A stretch of 63,778 bases of DNA, the filler included, from Octopus bimaculoides (Eukaryota): the NCBI RefSeq assembly GCF_001194135.2. It is 8 parts of 8 records of this genome, joined end to end, with 100 filler letters (N's around TTAATTAATTAA, not from the genome) between each part and the next. Parts side by side here need not be neighbours in the genome. Positions count along the whole stretch, not along the records: positions 33,920 to 56,062 come from NC_068984.1; positions 56,163 to 58,905 come from NC_068982.1; positions 59,006 to 60,140 come from NW_026419401.1; 5 more parts are not named here. The stretch is one strand, 5' to 3'. A model generated the notes under the pieces. It ran no database searches. It saw only the letters and a list, made by a program, of their open reading frames with translations, and was not told the origin of the DNA. The position numbers were made by a program, and so were the translations under genes. This document shows, in pieces, positions 47,707 to 60,240 of this stretch (the stretch's first letter is position 1; every line of letters begins with the position of its first letter).

Positions 47707-49001
47707 CAAAAACCAAAGTGGGTCGCTAATGACAATGGAATGTTGAAGATATTTTAATCAGCTACAATTATTCGATAGAATATATATGGCATTCATTTTG
47801 CTTTGTTTTTTATACAGTTCTATTTTGTAAGTGGGAGATTATAAAATGTAAAAACAAAAAGCTGTAATTGGATATTTAGTCAGCCTAAGTCTAGTATTTG
47901 CGACAACCGTAAACCAGATGTAAATAAAACTAAACACACACACATGGCTACGGTTGTCAAACTATTTGGTGTTCGTTAAATATTAACTGTTGCATATAAC
48001 ATCTCGCACACGCATGCACTTATATATATCTTAATGCTTGTTTTTATGTTTAGTTATATATAAAAACAATAAACTGAAGGATTACTTAGTACTTTTTCAT
48101 AGAGTACATATTACTTTTTACAGCGACCGACTCGGAGGTTCTAGTTCGTCATCAGATATTATAAAGAACGAGTACATTTCACTATTCAGAATAAACAGAT
48201 TTATATTGATTTTGCTTCTATATATACATATATATCGAAGCCAAGCCAACACATCCTGTTCAGTAAATTTATGAAGGGAAATTATCGATAGATAGATAGA
48301 TAGATATGTTGATGCAAACAACAACAAAAAAGAACTCAAAATATGAATATATATTTTTATTGATATTTAGCAGAAGTAAATATTAATAAAAGATATAATC
48401 GGTAGAGTTGGCGAAGTTTTAACGTCATTTTATGTTTTTTTATTATGTAGAAATATTCACAATTAAGACACTTTTTTTTTTTTTTTNNNNNNNNNNNNNN
48501 NNNNNNNNNNNNNNNNNNNNNNNNNNNNNNNNNNNNNNNNNNNNNNNNNNNNNNNNNNNNNNNNNNNNNNNNNNNNNNNNNNNNNNNNNNNNNNNNNNNN
48601 NNNNNNNNNNNNNNNNNNNNNNNNNNNNNNNNNNNNNNNNNNNNNNNNNNNNNNNNNNNNNNNNNNNNNNNNNNNNNNNNNNNNNNNNNNNNNNNNNNNN
48701 NNNNNNNNNNNNNNNNNNNNNNNNNNNNNNNNNNNNNNNNNNNNNNNNNNNNNNNNNNNNNNNNNNNNNNNNNNNNNNNNNNNNNNNNNNNNNNNNNNNN
48801 NNNNNNNNNNNNNNNNNNNNNNNNNNNNNNNNNNNNNNNNNNNNNNNNNNNNNNNNNNNNNNNNNNNNNNNNNNNNNNNNNNNNNNNNNNNNNNNNNNNA
48901 TCTGCCCCAGTTCTTATTTGAGTCTGAAACATTTTATTGGAGCCTATTTAACAAACTGCTAATTTACCGGACGTAAACAAAATCAGTTTTAAGTAACGTA
49001 G

Positions 49002-49045
<44 letters not shown>

Positions 49046-49902
49046 ATAGGTGTGGGTCTGGGTGTTTATACTTATAGTCTGTTTGTGTATGTGTGTATGT
49101 GTATGTATACATAGATATATATGATTATATGTTTATATATTAATAATGTTATGCATGCATGTGCGTATTGGGTGGGGGGGGTGACGGTAAGGGCGGTTCG
49201 CCCCGGGCTGCACTTTTAAAGGGGCGGCACTTTTGAGCCTGCAGTAGGCAATACGTGTTTTTTTGTGGGATCCGAGGGCGGCACACACTGTAGCTACGCT
49301 AGTATATGATGTTACAAATGTATGTATGTATGTGTAGCGGATCTTGCAGGCATGAAGTGGATTCGATCCACCATAGCCAAATTTCAAGTAACAGTTCAAC
49401 AGAACTTTTCTCATTGTGGAACAATAGTTTTTCTGTGACAGCAGTGTTACATTTGCCAGATTTCTTTAGCTAGGCCGAAATAATGTCTTCACCACTTGAC
49501 CTTTCTAACCCCTTCTACTTCACCAAAAGCTAGAATAGAGATAACAAGTACCACCAACGAAATCCATTGTTCTCAACGATATGTCTATCCTTCTGGATAG
49601 TTATAAAAACAAGAGCCCTTAAGCAAAAATCAGTTAGTCACTTGGTGATAACTCAGTTAGTCAGTTGCTGACATCTCAGTTAGCGAGAACGGAGTCTGGC
49701 CGACAGGCTAAACAAAACGTCGTCGCAAAAACAAAAGGGCAAAAAGAACAACTATGGTAACTTACCAACGGAGCAATTGTTTCGTCCCACACTCACACAC
49801 TTTCACTAACTCACTTTCTCTTCTCTACACATATTATCATATCTCTCTCTATGGTTTACTACTACAATAAGAACATACTGACACAAGTAAAAGAATAAAA
49901 GA

Positions 49903-49946
<44 letters not shown>

Positions 49947-50899
49947 NNNNNNNNNNNNNNNNNNNNNNNNNNNNNNNNNNNNNNNNNNNNNNNNNNNNNN
50001 NNNNNNNNNNNNNNNNNNNNNNNNNNNNNNNNNNNNNNNNNNNNNNNNNNNNNNNNNNNNNNNNNNNNNNNNNNNNNNNNNNNNNNNNNNNNNNNNNNNN
50101 NNNNNNNNNNNNNNNNNNNNNNNNNNNNNNNNNNNNNNNNNNNNNNNNNNNNNNNNNNNNNNNNNNNNNNNNNNNNNNNNNNNNNNNNNNNNNNNNNNNN
50201 NNNNNNNNNNNNNNNNNNNNNNNNNNNNNNNNNNNNNNNNNNNNNNNNNNNNNNNNNNNNNNNNNNNNNNNNNNNNNNNNNNNNNNNNNNNNNNNNNNNN
50301 NNNNNNNNNNNNNNNNNNNNNNNNNNNNNNNNNNNNNNNNNNNNNNNNNNNNNNNNNNNNNNNNNNNNNNNNNNNNNNNNNNNNNNNNNNNNNNNNNNNN
50401 NNNNNNNNNNNNNNNNNNNNNNNNNNNNNNNNNNNNNNNNNNNNNNNNNNNNNNNNNNNNNNNNNNNNNNNNNNNNNNNNNNNNNNNNNNNNNNNNNNNN
50501 NNNNNNNNNNNNNNNNNNNNNNNNNNNNNNNNNNNNNNNNNNNNNNNNNNNNNNNNNNNNNNNNNNNNNNNNNNNNNNNNNNNNNNNNNNNNNNNNNNNN
50601 NNNNNNNNNNNNNNNNNNNNNNNNNNNNNNNNNNNNNNNNNNNNNNNNNNNNNNNNNNNNNNNNNNNNNNNNNNNNNNNNNNNNNNNNNNNNNNNNNNNN
50701 NNNNNNNNNNNNNNNNNNNNNNNNNNNNNNNNNNNNNNNNNNNNNNNNNNNNNNNNNNNNNNNNNNNNNNNNNNNNNNNNNNNNNNNNNNNNNNNNNNNN
50801 NNNNNNNNNNNNNNNNNNNNNNNNNNNNNNNNNNNNNNNNNNNNNNNNNNNNNNNNNNNNNNNNNNNNNNNNNNNNNNNNNNNNNNNNNNNNNNNNNNN

Positions 50900-51100
50900 N
50901 NAATGTTGTTTTCACTGTCCAATTTTTCCCTGTCTTGGTTTGTGTTTGCCACCTTGGAATCCTCTGTTTAGTGGGTCGATCCACTACTCAGGAAGAGACT
51001 ATTCTAGAGTACGTTATGCCTTATCTTCGAAACGTCTAGTTAGAATAGAGGCAGCTGATGAAGGACTAATTCCAAGTGGCTATCTGTTTTCCTATGTGTT
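50900..51100 (+). mobile_element. Penelope-like terminal-repeat remnant with two degenerate hammerhead motifs
   Basis: ACTA-CTCAGGA-A-GAG...TTC-GAAA-CG-TC-TAGT, then CTGATGA-A-GGA-CTAAT-TCC. Confidence 0.45.
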
Positions 51101-51268
51101 CGTTCCATGGTCTGTAGTTCATTGTTCTAATGTCCTGTACCCTGATATGCATCTATATACACATGTAGATGTAAGTATGTACATATATGTGTGTATACAT
51201 GCATATATATTCTTTGTATTATTACATCATTGAACGCACGCGTCCTTTTTGCAAGTAAGTTTGTACTT

Positions 51269-51303
<35 letters not shown>

Positions 51304-51951
51304 ATCAAAGTAAATACACAACTAAAAGAGCTACTAGTAATTTCATTGAACAGGCATATATACACAATACACCATGTATCTTAAAGCAATCTCTCAGGCT
51401 CTGTTTATGCGTATATAATTTTTTAAAAATAAGGATGCTGGACAGTATGAAAATAAGAAGAAAATGTGGGGAAAACATGATAATGGTTAGTACAAAGAAT
51501 GGAACAAGAAAAAACAAAATCAAGAACTGAGATCACCATCCTCCCTGATTGCAGAAAGCTCATTAAATACATCTGGTTGAGAACAAAATAACAGGAAGTA
51601 TATAGCTTAGAATTATCTATCACTGACTAACTGGCATATCTACAATTATACAGTAATTATACAATTATAAGTATATATATAGAATTACTTGATAAAACTT
51701 GCAAAGAAAAAAGAATATGAAAAAAAACTTTATCTACTGTGAAAATTAGAGATTGCTTACAATAACAAGCAAAAAGAAAAAGAAAGAAAATGAATTGGAA
51801 TTGTAAGGGTTGATTGCTTTTTATCACAGTGGAATTGATAAAATTAATCTAAGTTATGCACTGATATTAATATAATTGGTTATTCTCTTCACTTACCTGA
51901 AACATCCAGTTGAAGATATATCTCATGAGTCAATGTGTGAGCTTCCAAATA

Positions 51952-52863
51952 TGTGGTCTGATCAATAAGTATCCAGACTGTTGCTATAGTAGCAAAATTA
52001 AAGTACACAGAGTGAAGCCACTTGGCAGAGATTGACTTTGAACGCTGCTGTGCATGTACACTAAGTTTAACATTCTAGCTCACTTTTGCTGTTTACAGCA
52101 GTGCTTGGAAGGAACATGTGTGGCGTGTGATCGTTGCATTGAACATGATAGAGAAAATTGAGCAGAGACTCTGCATCAAATTTTGCCAAAAGCTTCGTGA
52201 TATGTGCTCAGAGGCCTATGTAAAGTTTCCAAAAAGTTTTCATCATTCTCGACACAATCAAGGAGACCTTGTGCAACTGAAACCCGATTGTTTTTTTGGT
52301 CAGCTAAAAGCAGTTTTGGCACAAACTTGGCAGACACGTGTCCCGTATCTAAATCTTCAGTGATAATGGAACTGAACTGAAATGTAACTAATCTGCTCAT
52401 CCTCTGATATCTCACAGATGGTGATTCGACGATTTTCCCCTCACAGCTGCAAAACTGAAAGAAGCCCTTTTGCAGCACATTTGCTATGTTTTTCTCAGTT
52501 CTGCTCATTGCAGGTCTCCCAGAACGTTCGTCAATATCAACATTTTTTCGGCCATCTTGAAACGTCAGAACCACTTGTACACTTGTCTGTGATTCATACA
52601 CTCCTCTCCATACACTTTCTGCAACTTTGCGTATGCTTCTGAGCAGGTATCACCATGACAACTTCTTCTGTCATGGTCAATGCGACAATCACTTGCTACA
52701 CACATTACTTCCAAGCACTGCTGTAAACAACAGAAGCAAGCTAGAACGTTAAAACTTTGTGTACACGCACAGCAGCGTTCAAGGTCAATCTATGCCAAGC
52801 AGCTTTACTCTACTTGCTTTAGCTTCATTACTATGGCAACATTCCGGATACTTATTGATCAGA
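51952..52863. mobile_element. mariner derivative made of two inverted 5' ends
   Basis: CTGATCAATAAGTATCC TIR at both ends. The plus strand encodes MIEKIEQRLCIKFC; the minus strand encodes DERSGRP and VSAKFVPKLL. Confidence 0.75.
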
Positions 52864-53513
52864 GTAGCAGTCAAATCAGGAAATCTAGAACAGCAATGAA
52901 ATTAACACTTAAATCCCAAAACTATCATTAAAAAAGTGTCAAATCTAACATCAATGCTACTATTCATAAACACACCCACACTTACACTCACACTCACACA
53001 TATAATATCAATATATATAATATATACAATATATAATATATATATACACAGTGGTGCACCAGCATGACCGCAGCCACTTGGCTGAAACACATAAATAAAT
53101 AAATAAATATACATATATTAGGTGCAGGAGTGGCTGTGTGGTAAGAAGCTTGCTTCCCAACCACATGGTTCCAGGTTCAGTCCCACTGTGTGGCACCTTG
53201 GGCAAGTGTCTTCTACTGTAGCCTTGGGCCAACCAAAGCCTTGTGAGTGGATTTGGTAGATAGAAACTGAAAGAAGCCTTTTGTATATANNNNNNNNNNN
53301 NNNNNNNNNNNNNNNNNNNNNNNNNNNNNNNNNNNNNNNNNNNNNNNNNNNNNNNNNNNNNNNNNNNNNNNNNNNNNNNNNNNNNNNNNNNNNNNNNNNN
53401 NNNNNNNNNNNNNNNNNNNNNNNNNNNNNNNNNNNNNNNNNNNNNNNNNNNNNNNNNNNNNNNNNNNNNNNNNNNNNNNNNNNNNNNNNNNNNNNNNNNN
53501 NNNNNNNNNNNNN

Positions 53514-53571
<58 letters not shown>

Positions 53572-54246
53572 TAGAAGTCTTGTGCAGGCTTCTTCCTGGC
53601 CAGCTCTTATGAAACCGTCCCACCCATGCTAGCAATGGAAGGCGAACGCTAAAAGATGACAATGATGATGATATATATACGTGTGTGTGTGTGTGTGTGT
53701 GTGTGTGTACATACACACAAGTATGTATATATGTATGTATACATATGTGTATGTGTGCATACATGCACAAAATGAAACACATATATGCCAATACATACAA
53801 AATGCATTTGTCTGTTAAATATAGACAGACAATAATGAAAATAGATGAAAAGGAAAAAAAAAAGCCGCCTTACATTAAATCAACTACACTTAATTGTTAT
53901 GAATGCATCAGATGACTAAGCTTAATGAAAGCAAAATAATTAGGGTAAACCTATGCCGGAAAGGAGTCTTGTGACGAGCCGAACTCTACAGCTTGTTGTT
54001 AAGGAAGGGAAGGCCTTACTGTCATATAGAGAAGACAGTGTCAGTTTGACTGTTTAGTTAATATGTGAGATGTGTGTGTATGTGGGTGGTGTACGTGTGT
54101 GTGTATGTGTGTGTGTATGTGTGTGTGTGCGTGTGTGTGCATATGGTATTTGTATTGATGGGATGTATTCTTGTATGCTTAAAGTTCCAAAGTAACAAGT
54201 TTAAAGGTTGTACTTTATTTTCGATTTGTTTTAGGTTTTCTAATAC

Positions 54247-55190
54247 ATGGCTATATCATTCGTAAATATATATTTCAGTCATATATGTGTGAGTGTATAT
54301 ATGTGAGAGTGTATGTATGTGTACATGAATGTATGTATGTGTACGTGTATGTATGTATGTATGTATGTATGTAAGTATGTATGTATGTATGCATGTATGT
54401 ATGTATCTAAGAGGCCAGGATAATGCGTGCAAGACTCGAGAGATTTAAAGAAGAGTGTTATGATCGGGAAGGTGAATCACAATGACCTCTTTTGTTAGTA
54501 CTGTTTATGCCTTTCTTTTGCTGGACTCAAATCTCATTTGTGGACCCATGCAAAACGCACCTCCACCAACTATTCTACCTATATGTCTGTGCACACCTTT
54601 CAATAAGGTTTACAAATCTAATGGAGGCCTCAAAAGACATTTTAAGCTCCACAAAGATCAGAACTTAACTGCAGCTCTTGTTTATTGTACTTGTGCATCT
54701 TACACATAGAAAAGCTAGTTTTCCTGTTAACCTTCCTCTGATATTGCTGCATCTTTTATGTGTCTAAAGCTTACATCGGGTGCATCATATGGAGTTTCTA
54801 CCTATGCCTTTTCTACAGATCTACCTGAAGGGATTTGTGATTTGCTGAGTTTACTTCATTGAACTTCATACAGCATACAGACTATATAACCAAAACATCA
54901 TAAAAAATGGCTATATGGTTCATAAATATATATTTCAGTTATATATGTGTGAGTGTATATATGTGAGAGTGTATGTATGTGTACATGAATGTATGTATGT
55001 GTACACGTATGTATGTATGTATGTATGCATGTATGCATGAATGTATGTATCTAAGAGGCCAGGATAATGTGTGCAAGACTCGGGAGATTTAAAGAAGAAT
55101 GTTACAATTGAGAAGGTGAATCACAATGACCTTTTTGCGAGTACTGTTTGTGACAGACCATGCCTTTCTTTTGCTGGACTCAAATCTCAT
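54247..55190 (+). repeat. Approximately 290-bp direct repeat (54247-54538 and 54908-55190) with an RTE-like C-terminal zinc-finger remnant
   Basis: Shared TCTAAGAGGCCAGGATAAT...GCTGGACTCAAATCTCAT. The second copy translates to TVCDRPCLSFAGLKSH. Confidence 0.6.
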
Positions 55191-55429
55191 ACTGGACAAT
55201 GCAAATAATGATATCTTATCAGTTGGCAGATACAAGCACCAACGAGCAGACAATTTTCTCAACTGAAAGCATAAAAAAAGCCATTGACTTTGGTCAAAGT
55301 TCTGGCTACTACTGGCTAATAAGACATAATGTCGAAACACTGGTATTCTAGAATGCTGTGTGCCAGTGAGACAAATATGCTCAATACATTTTGATTACAA
55401 AAGAAAGAAGTTATGCAACCTGAAGTCAT

Positions 55430-56054
55430 GTACCGAGAGTGATAAAAATCAAACATCCAGTCAACATCATGGTGTTTGGAGTGATTGCTAGTGATGGCGA
55501 CATTATGCCTCTATTCATCTTCTCACATTGCTTCACACTCATCACAGAAGCCTACAACAGGTGCCTGAAGGAGGTAGTGCTGCCCTGGGTGAAGAGGATG
55601 GCTGCCAGAAGACCCTATCTCTGGCAACAGGACTCTGCACCATGCCACACAAGTAGGAGAACCCAGTCATGGCTGTCAGACAGTTTCTCTGGCGACATCA
55701 CCCTTAACATCTGGCCACCTAGCTCCCCAGACTGCAACCCCCTTGATTATTATGTGTGGGGTGCAGTTGAGCAAGAGACTTAACAAAACTCCTTGTAACA
55801 CCAAAAATGAACTGAAGGCAAGGATTATGGCAGCATTCACCTACTTAAACAAGGAGACCGTCCGGAAGAGTTGCAAGAGATTCTGAAGTCATGTGGAGGC
55901 CATGGTTAAAGCCAATGGTGATTATATCAAATAAATTTACTCTTTAGTATCTCAAGATATTTTCATGTAATTTTGGTAAATATATGTTAAAATGAGATGT
56001 CAGTGTTATTTTCATTTTGCATTATTTAGACAACAATTTATTCACCGCACCCTG
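55430..56054 (+). mobile_element. Tc1/mariner maT (DD37D) transposase 3' half with right TIR
   Basis: WQQDSAPCH...WPPSSPDCNPLDYYVWG, with 37 residues counted between the 2nd and 3rd Asp. The element ends CGCACCCTG. Confidence 0.8.
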
Positions 56055-56616
56055 AATATATANNNNNNNNNNNNNNNNNNNNNNNNNNNNNNNNNNNNNN
56101 NNNNNNTTAATTAATTAANNNNNNNNNNNNNNNNNNNNNNNNNNNNNNNNNNNNNNNNNNNNATATACAGTGTATCGCACCAGTATTACTTGGGCTAGGG
56201 ATGACAGATCAAAGATATATACAACACGAGACTGAATGTTAATTTTATACCAGTGCTTTTTTAAAAATCATCGCTACATTTGATCATACACATTGTTTAT
56301 TTCAACAGGATAATTTTTAAGGTCGTGAGCCAATATAGCCTCAATGAAATTAAGTTACTTATTGGTCCTTCTCTCTCTCTACCTCATTATTATTATAGTA
56401 TAGGTTACTGTACCTAGTGGTAATAGTAGTAATACAAACTAAATTTTTTAAAACCATGATTATTTCTAATCTCTGTTCAATCTCCCATTGGTGGTATGTG
56501 CATATTAGATGAAAGGAAGATATTGTATGTTTTTTTAGGGAAAACTGCGTCCAGTAGCTAACTCTAGTATTTTGTTGAGTGCTGTGTTTTTTGCAGCGTG
56601 TTATTAAAGCTCTAAG

Positions 56617-58390
56617 ATGCCATCCAAACCTCTTACACCTTCTAAGGCTTCTGGCAGTGAACCTAAGTGCCAGAGAAAAGTTATGATGCTACATGAGAAG
56701 GCACAACTGCTGGATATGTTCCAGGAAAGTAAAAGTTATGTTGCAGTAGGTTGCTATTATGTTGGCAACAACAGCACCATACGATACATAAAGAAGAACG
56801 AGGTGGCAATCAGGACAACCGTAGCAATAAGGTTCTGTGAAATGTAAAAAAGATAACGATAGTGAGAAATAAGCACTTCATCAAGATGGAATCTGCCTTG
56901 GCATTGTGGATCGGTGACTGCAAGAAGAAAAACATCCCCTTGAGCAATAACATTATCCACGAGAAAGCACGGAAATTATACCAGCAATTCAACAGATGAG
57001 ACGGAGCAGATGGCACTGAAGAACCACAATCAAGACCACTGACAGCACCGGAACCCGAAGATTTGCAAGCCAGCAAGGGATGATTTGATCATTTCCAGAA
57101 ATGGATTTAAAATAAAGTGTGTTTCCCTGCACGGAGAGGCAGCATCAGCTGACAAAGAAGCCGTTGAGAAGTAGCTTGAGACCTTCAGGCAGATCATCAA
57201 GGACGAGAGATACAAGCCGGAACAGGTTTTCAATATGGACGACACTGGTTTGTTCTGAAGATACCTTCCAGAACGTACATCATGAAGGATGAAGCCAGAG
57301 CCCCAGCATTTAAGGCACAGAAGGACAAAGTGACGCTAATTATGTGTGGCAATGCTGCTGGCTTTATGATGAAACCAGGATTTATCTACAACTCAGCGAA
57401 CTCAAGGGCCTTCAAAAATAAGAATATAAATCTGCTACCTGTCCACTGGAAGCACAACCCCAAGGCTTGGATTATCAAAAGTCTATCTTTGAATTGTTCC
57501 CCCAATGCTTCATTCCTCAGGCCAAGGAATGCCTCCAAAACGTATGCATGGAATTCAAGGTGTTGCTTGTTATGGATATTGCTGGTGGTCACTCTTTGGA
57601 TTTGAATCATGAGGCAGTCCAAGTCGAGTTCCTGCCAACACCACCTCCCTCATATAGCCTATGGATCAAGGCATGATCCGTGCCTTCAAGGCACTTTACT
57701 CTCAGAACTATTTTCAACACCTTGTGGACGGAATGGATTCGGACGAGAATTTTAAGTTAAAGAAGTACCGGCGTAACTACATGATCGCAATGTGCCTGTC
57801 AGTCATCCACGCTACTCTTAAAGACACGAAGAAAGAAACCTTTATCGCATGCTGGAAGAAGGTGTGGCTAGAACGTATCCAGGACTACGATGGCTTCTCA
57901 CCTGAAAATATTCAGCACGATGCTGTGAACAATGTGGTGAAACTGGCAAAAGTACTTTGTAGCGAAGGTTTTGACAACATCATGCAAGATGAGGTCAACG
58001 ACCTCATCGCTGCCCACTCTGAAATCCTAACAAACGAAGATTTGTTGGAGCTAATGAAATCTACCAGTGAAGAGGAGGACAAAGCACTAAACCCAGAGGA
58101 AGAGGAGGGTGAGATGGGCCTGGCAATCAAACGTATATGCGACCTTCAAAGGAATTGCAAGGGTAGGTGGAATTATGGGATCCCTATAAGATTCAGTCTC
58201 TCCAATCTAAAAATGCCATTGATGCTGCCATGCAGAGTTTCACTCTCCTTATCACCATGAAGAAACAGCAATTTCCCATCACAATGTTCCTCAAACCCAT
58301 GAAGAGAGCCTTGCACGAAGATATGACATTTCCTAAAACACCTGAAGATGAGGCGTCACCTGAAGATGAGGTGTCACCCGAAGAGCTTTA
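56617..58390 (+). mobile_element. Tigger1/TIGD1-like pogo transposase pseudogene
   Basis: QRKVMMLHEK, MESALALWIGD, QVFNMDDTGLF, APAFKAQKDKVTLIMCGNAAG, MDQGMIRAFKALY; multiple frameshifts and stops. Confidence 0.85.
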
Positions 58391-58627
58391 AATCTTCTTT
58401 GCTGTGTAGTCATTATCTTCATTATTTTCATCATCGTCTTAAATCAATATCAGTCATTATTGGTGAGTAACTGTACATTTTACTTCATTTTTATTAAATT
58501 ATTATATATATATATATATATATATATCTGTACAGATAATTGTCACATATTATATTACAGAATTGTCATATATAACCTCTATTTACATAATATCGAGGGG
58601 TCTCTTTCATTCTTTTGTTGTAATACT

Positions 58628-58863
58628 AAGAACCAAGGTTCATGAACTCATCGATGAAAATCCACTGTCACATATAGAAAAATTAATAAGTAAAAGCACA
58701 ATAAATAAGTATAATATCATACAAAGTAAACATCAGAAGATAAAGATAATATTATCTTTATCTTATGATATTTACTTTGTATTATATTATACTTATTTAT
58801 TGTGCTTTTACTTATTAACTTTTCTATATGTGACAGTGGATGAGTTCATGAACCTTGGTTCTT
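58628..58863. repeat. Spacerless AT-rich palindrome with about 115-bp arms
   Basis: Centre GATAAT|ATTATC; ends AAGAACCAAGGTTCATGAACTCAT and ATGAGTTCATGAACCTTGGTTCTT. Confidence 0.85.
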
Positions 58864-59029
58864 TTCCCTAAAACTATATATATTTATATTTTATACTGTG
58901 AAATTNNNNNNNNNNNNNNNNNNNNNNNNNNNNNNNNNNNNNNNNNNNNTTAATTAATTAANNNNNNNNNNNNNNNNNNNNNNNNNNNNNNNNNNNNNNN
59001 NNNNNCTCTTATATTTCCTGTAAGGAACT

Positions 59030-59890
59030 GGAATAGATATGATTCGAATTTCATCGAAATTGCACATGAGGGTTATTTACCTCTTCACACACCCTAAAAG
59101 AATTCTAATCATGAGACATGTATCCCATACTATTAATCTTTATGCACATATTCCAAAATTTCAGTCTTCTGGAACCTGTAAAAAGGATTTTGCTCCTGAA
59201 AAATGGAGCTCATGGAACTCTAAAATTTGGGAATGAAGGCCCCTATTGGGGGTGGGGGTGTTAATGTCAACCAGAGAAGTTGAATTGTTGGGAATGTTTT
59301 TAACTTGGGTATACCTGTATATATGTGAGAGTATAGTTTCACTTTAATAGTTTCAGTATGAAATTGAAAGTATTAAAGTGAAAGTATTTGAAATTACAGT
59401 AGCGACATATTACTGTTTCACTTTTGAGATGTAATACTGAAATAGTGGAATAGTTTCAATGTGAAAGTGAAAGTATCTGATATTACAGTAGAGTGATGTT
59501 ATTGTTTCACTTTTGACACGTAATACTGAAATAGTGGAGGAGATATGATATTGGTGTGGGCTCGAACTATGCAAGAAGTTAAAAATTGTTTTGGCCTAAG
59601 ACACTACATGGACCCTAAGCAAGGCATGTGTTAATTTCAAATGAAATTGGTTGTGTAGTTCTCGAGTTTTATGGATTCACACAGACACATATTCTCATCT
59701 TTATATATCTGATATTTATGCGCATATTCGAAAATTCTAGTGTTATGGACCCTGTAAAAAGGATTGAGCTCATGAAGAATGGAGCTGTTGGAACTGAAAA
59801 ATGTAGGAGTTAAGGCCCCTATTGGGAGTGGGTGTGTTAATGTCAACCAGAGAAGTTGAATTGTCGGGAATGTTTTTAACTTGGGTGTAA
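59030..59890. mobile_element. Helitron/DINE-like non-autonomous element with internal direct repeats
   Basis: About 165-bp repeats (59146-59310 and 59721-59886), about 80-bp repeats (59385-59540), and an AAATGAAATTGGTTGTGTAGTTCTCGAG...CATCTTTTATATAT motif. Confidence 0.45.
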
Positions 59891-60240
59891 TATGTATTGT
59901 TTGAATTTCTTTGAAATAGGAAATATATGTATGTTCACTGGGTTTGTAAAAGAGAGTAAAGCTACAGGAAACCAAAAGACGAATGATCACGATAATCAGT
60001 CGGCTACCCGAGCGTAGTCGTTATTACTCCCCAATGTAGGATTCCTCACCACATAGGTGACAGGCGCAGCTGTAAGATGCATTATGGATGTATAGCAACT
60101 GGAAGGGCATGACCCAATTGAAATAAGAACGTGTGACGTTNNNNNNNNNNNNNNNNNNNNNNNNNNNNNNNNNNNNNNNNNNNNTTAATTAATTAANNNN
60201 NNNNNNNNNNNNNNNNNNNNNNNNNNNNNNNNNNNNNNNN

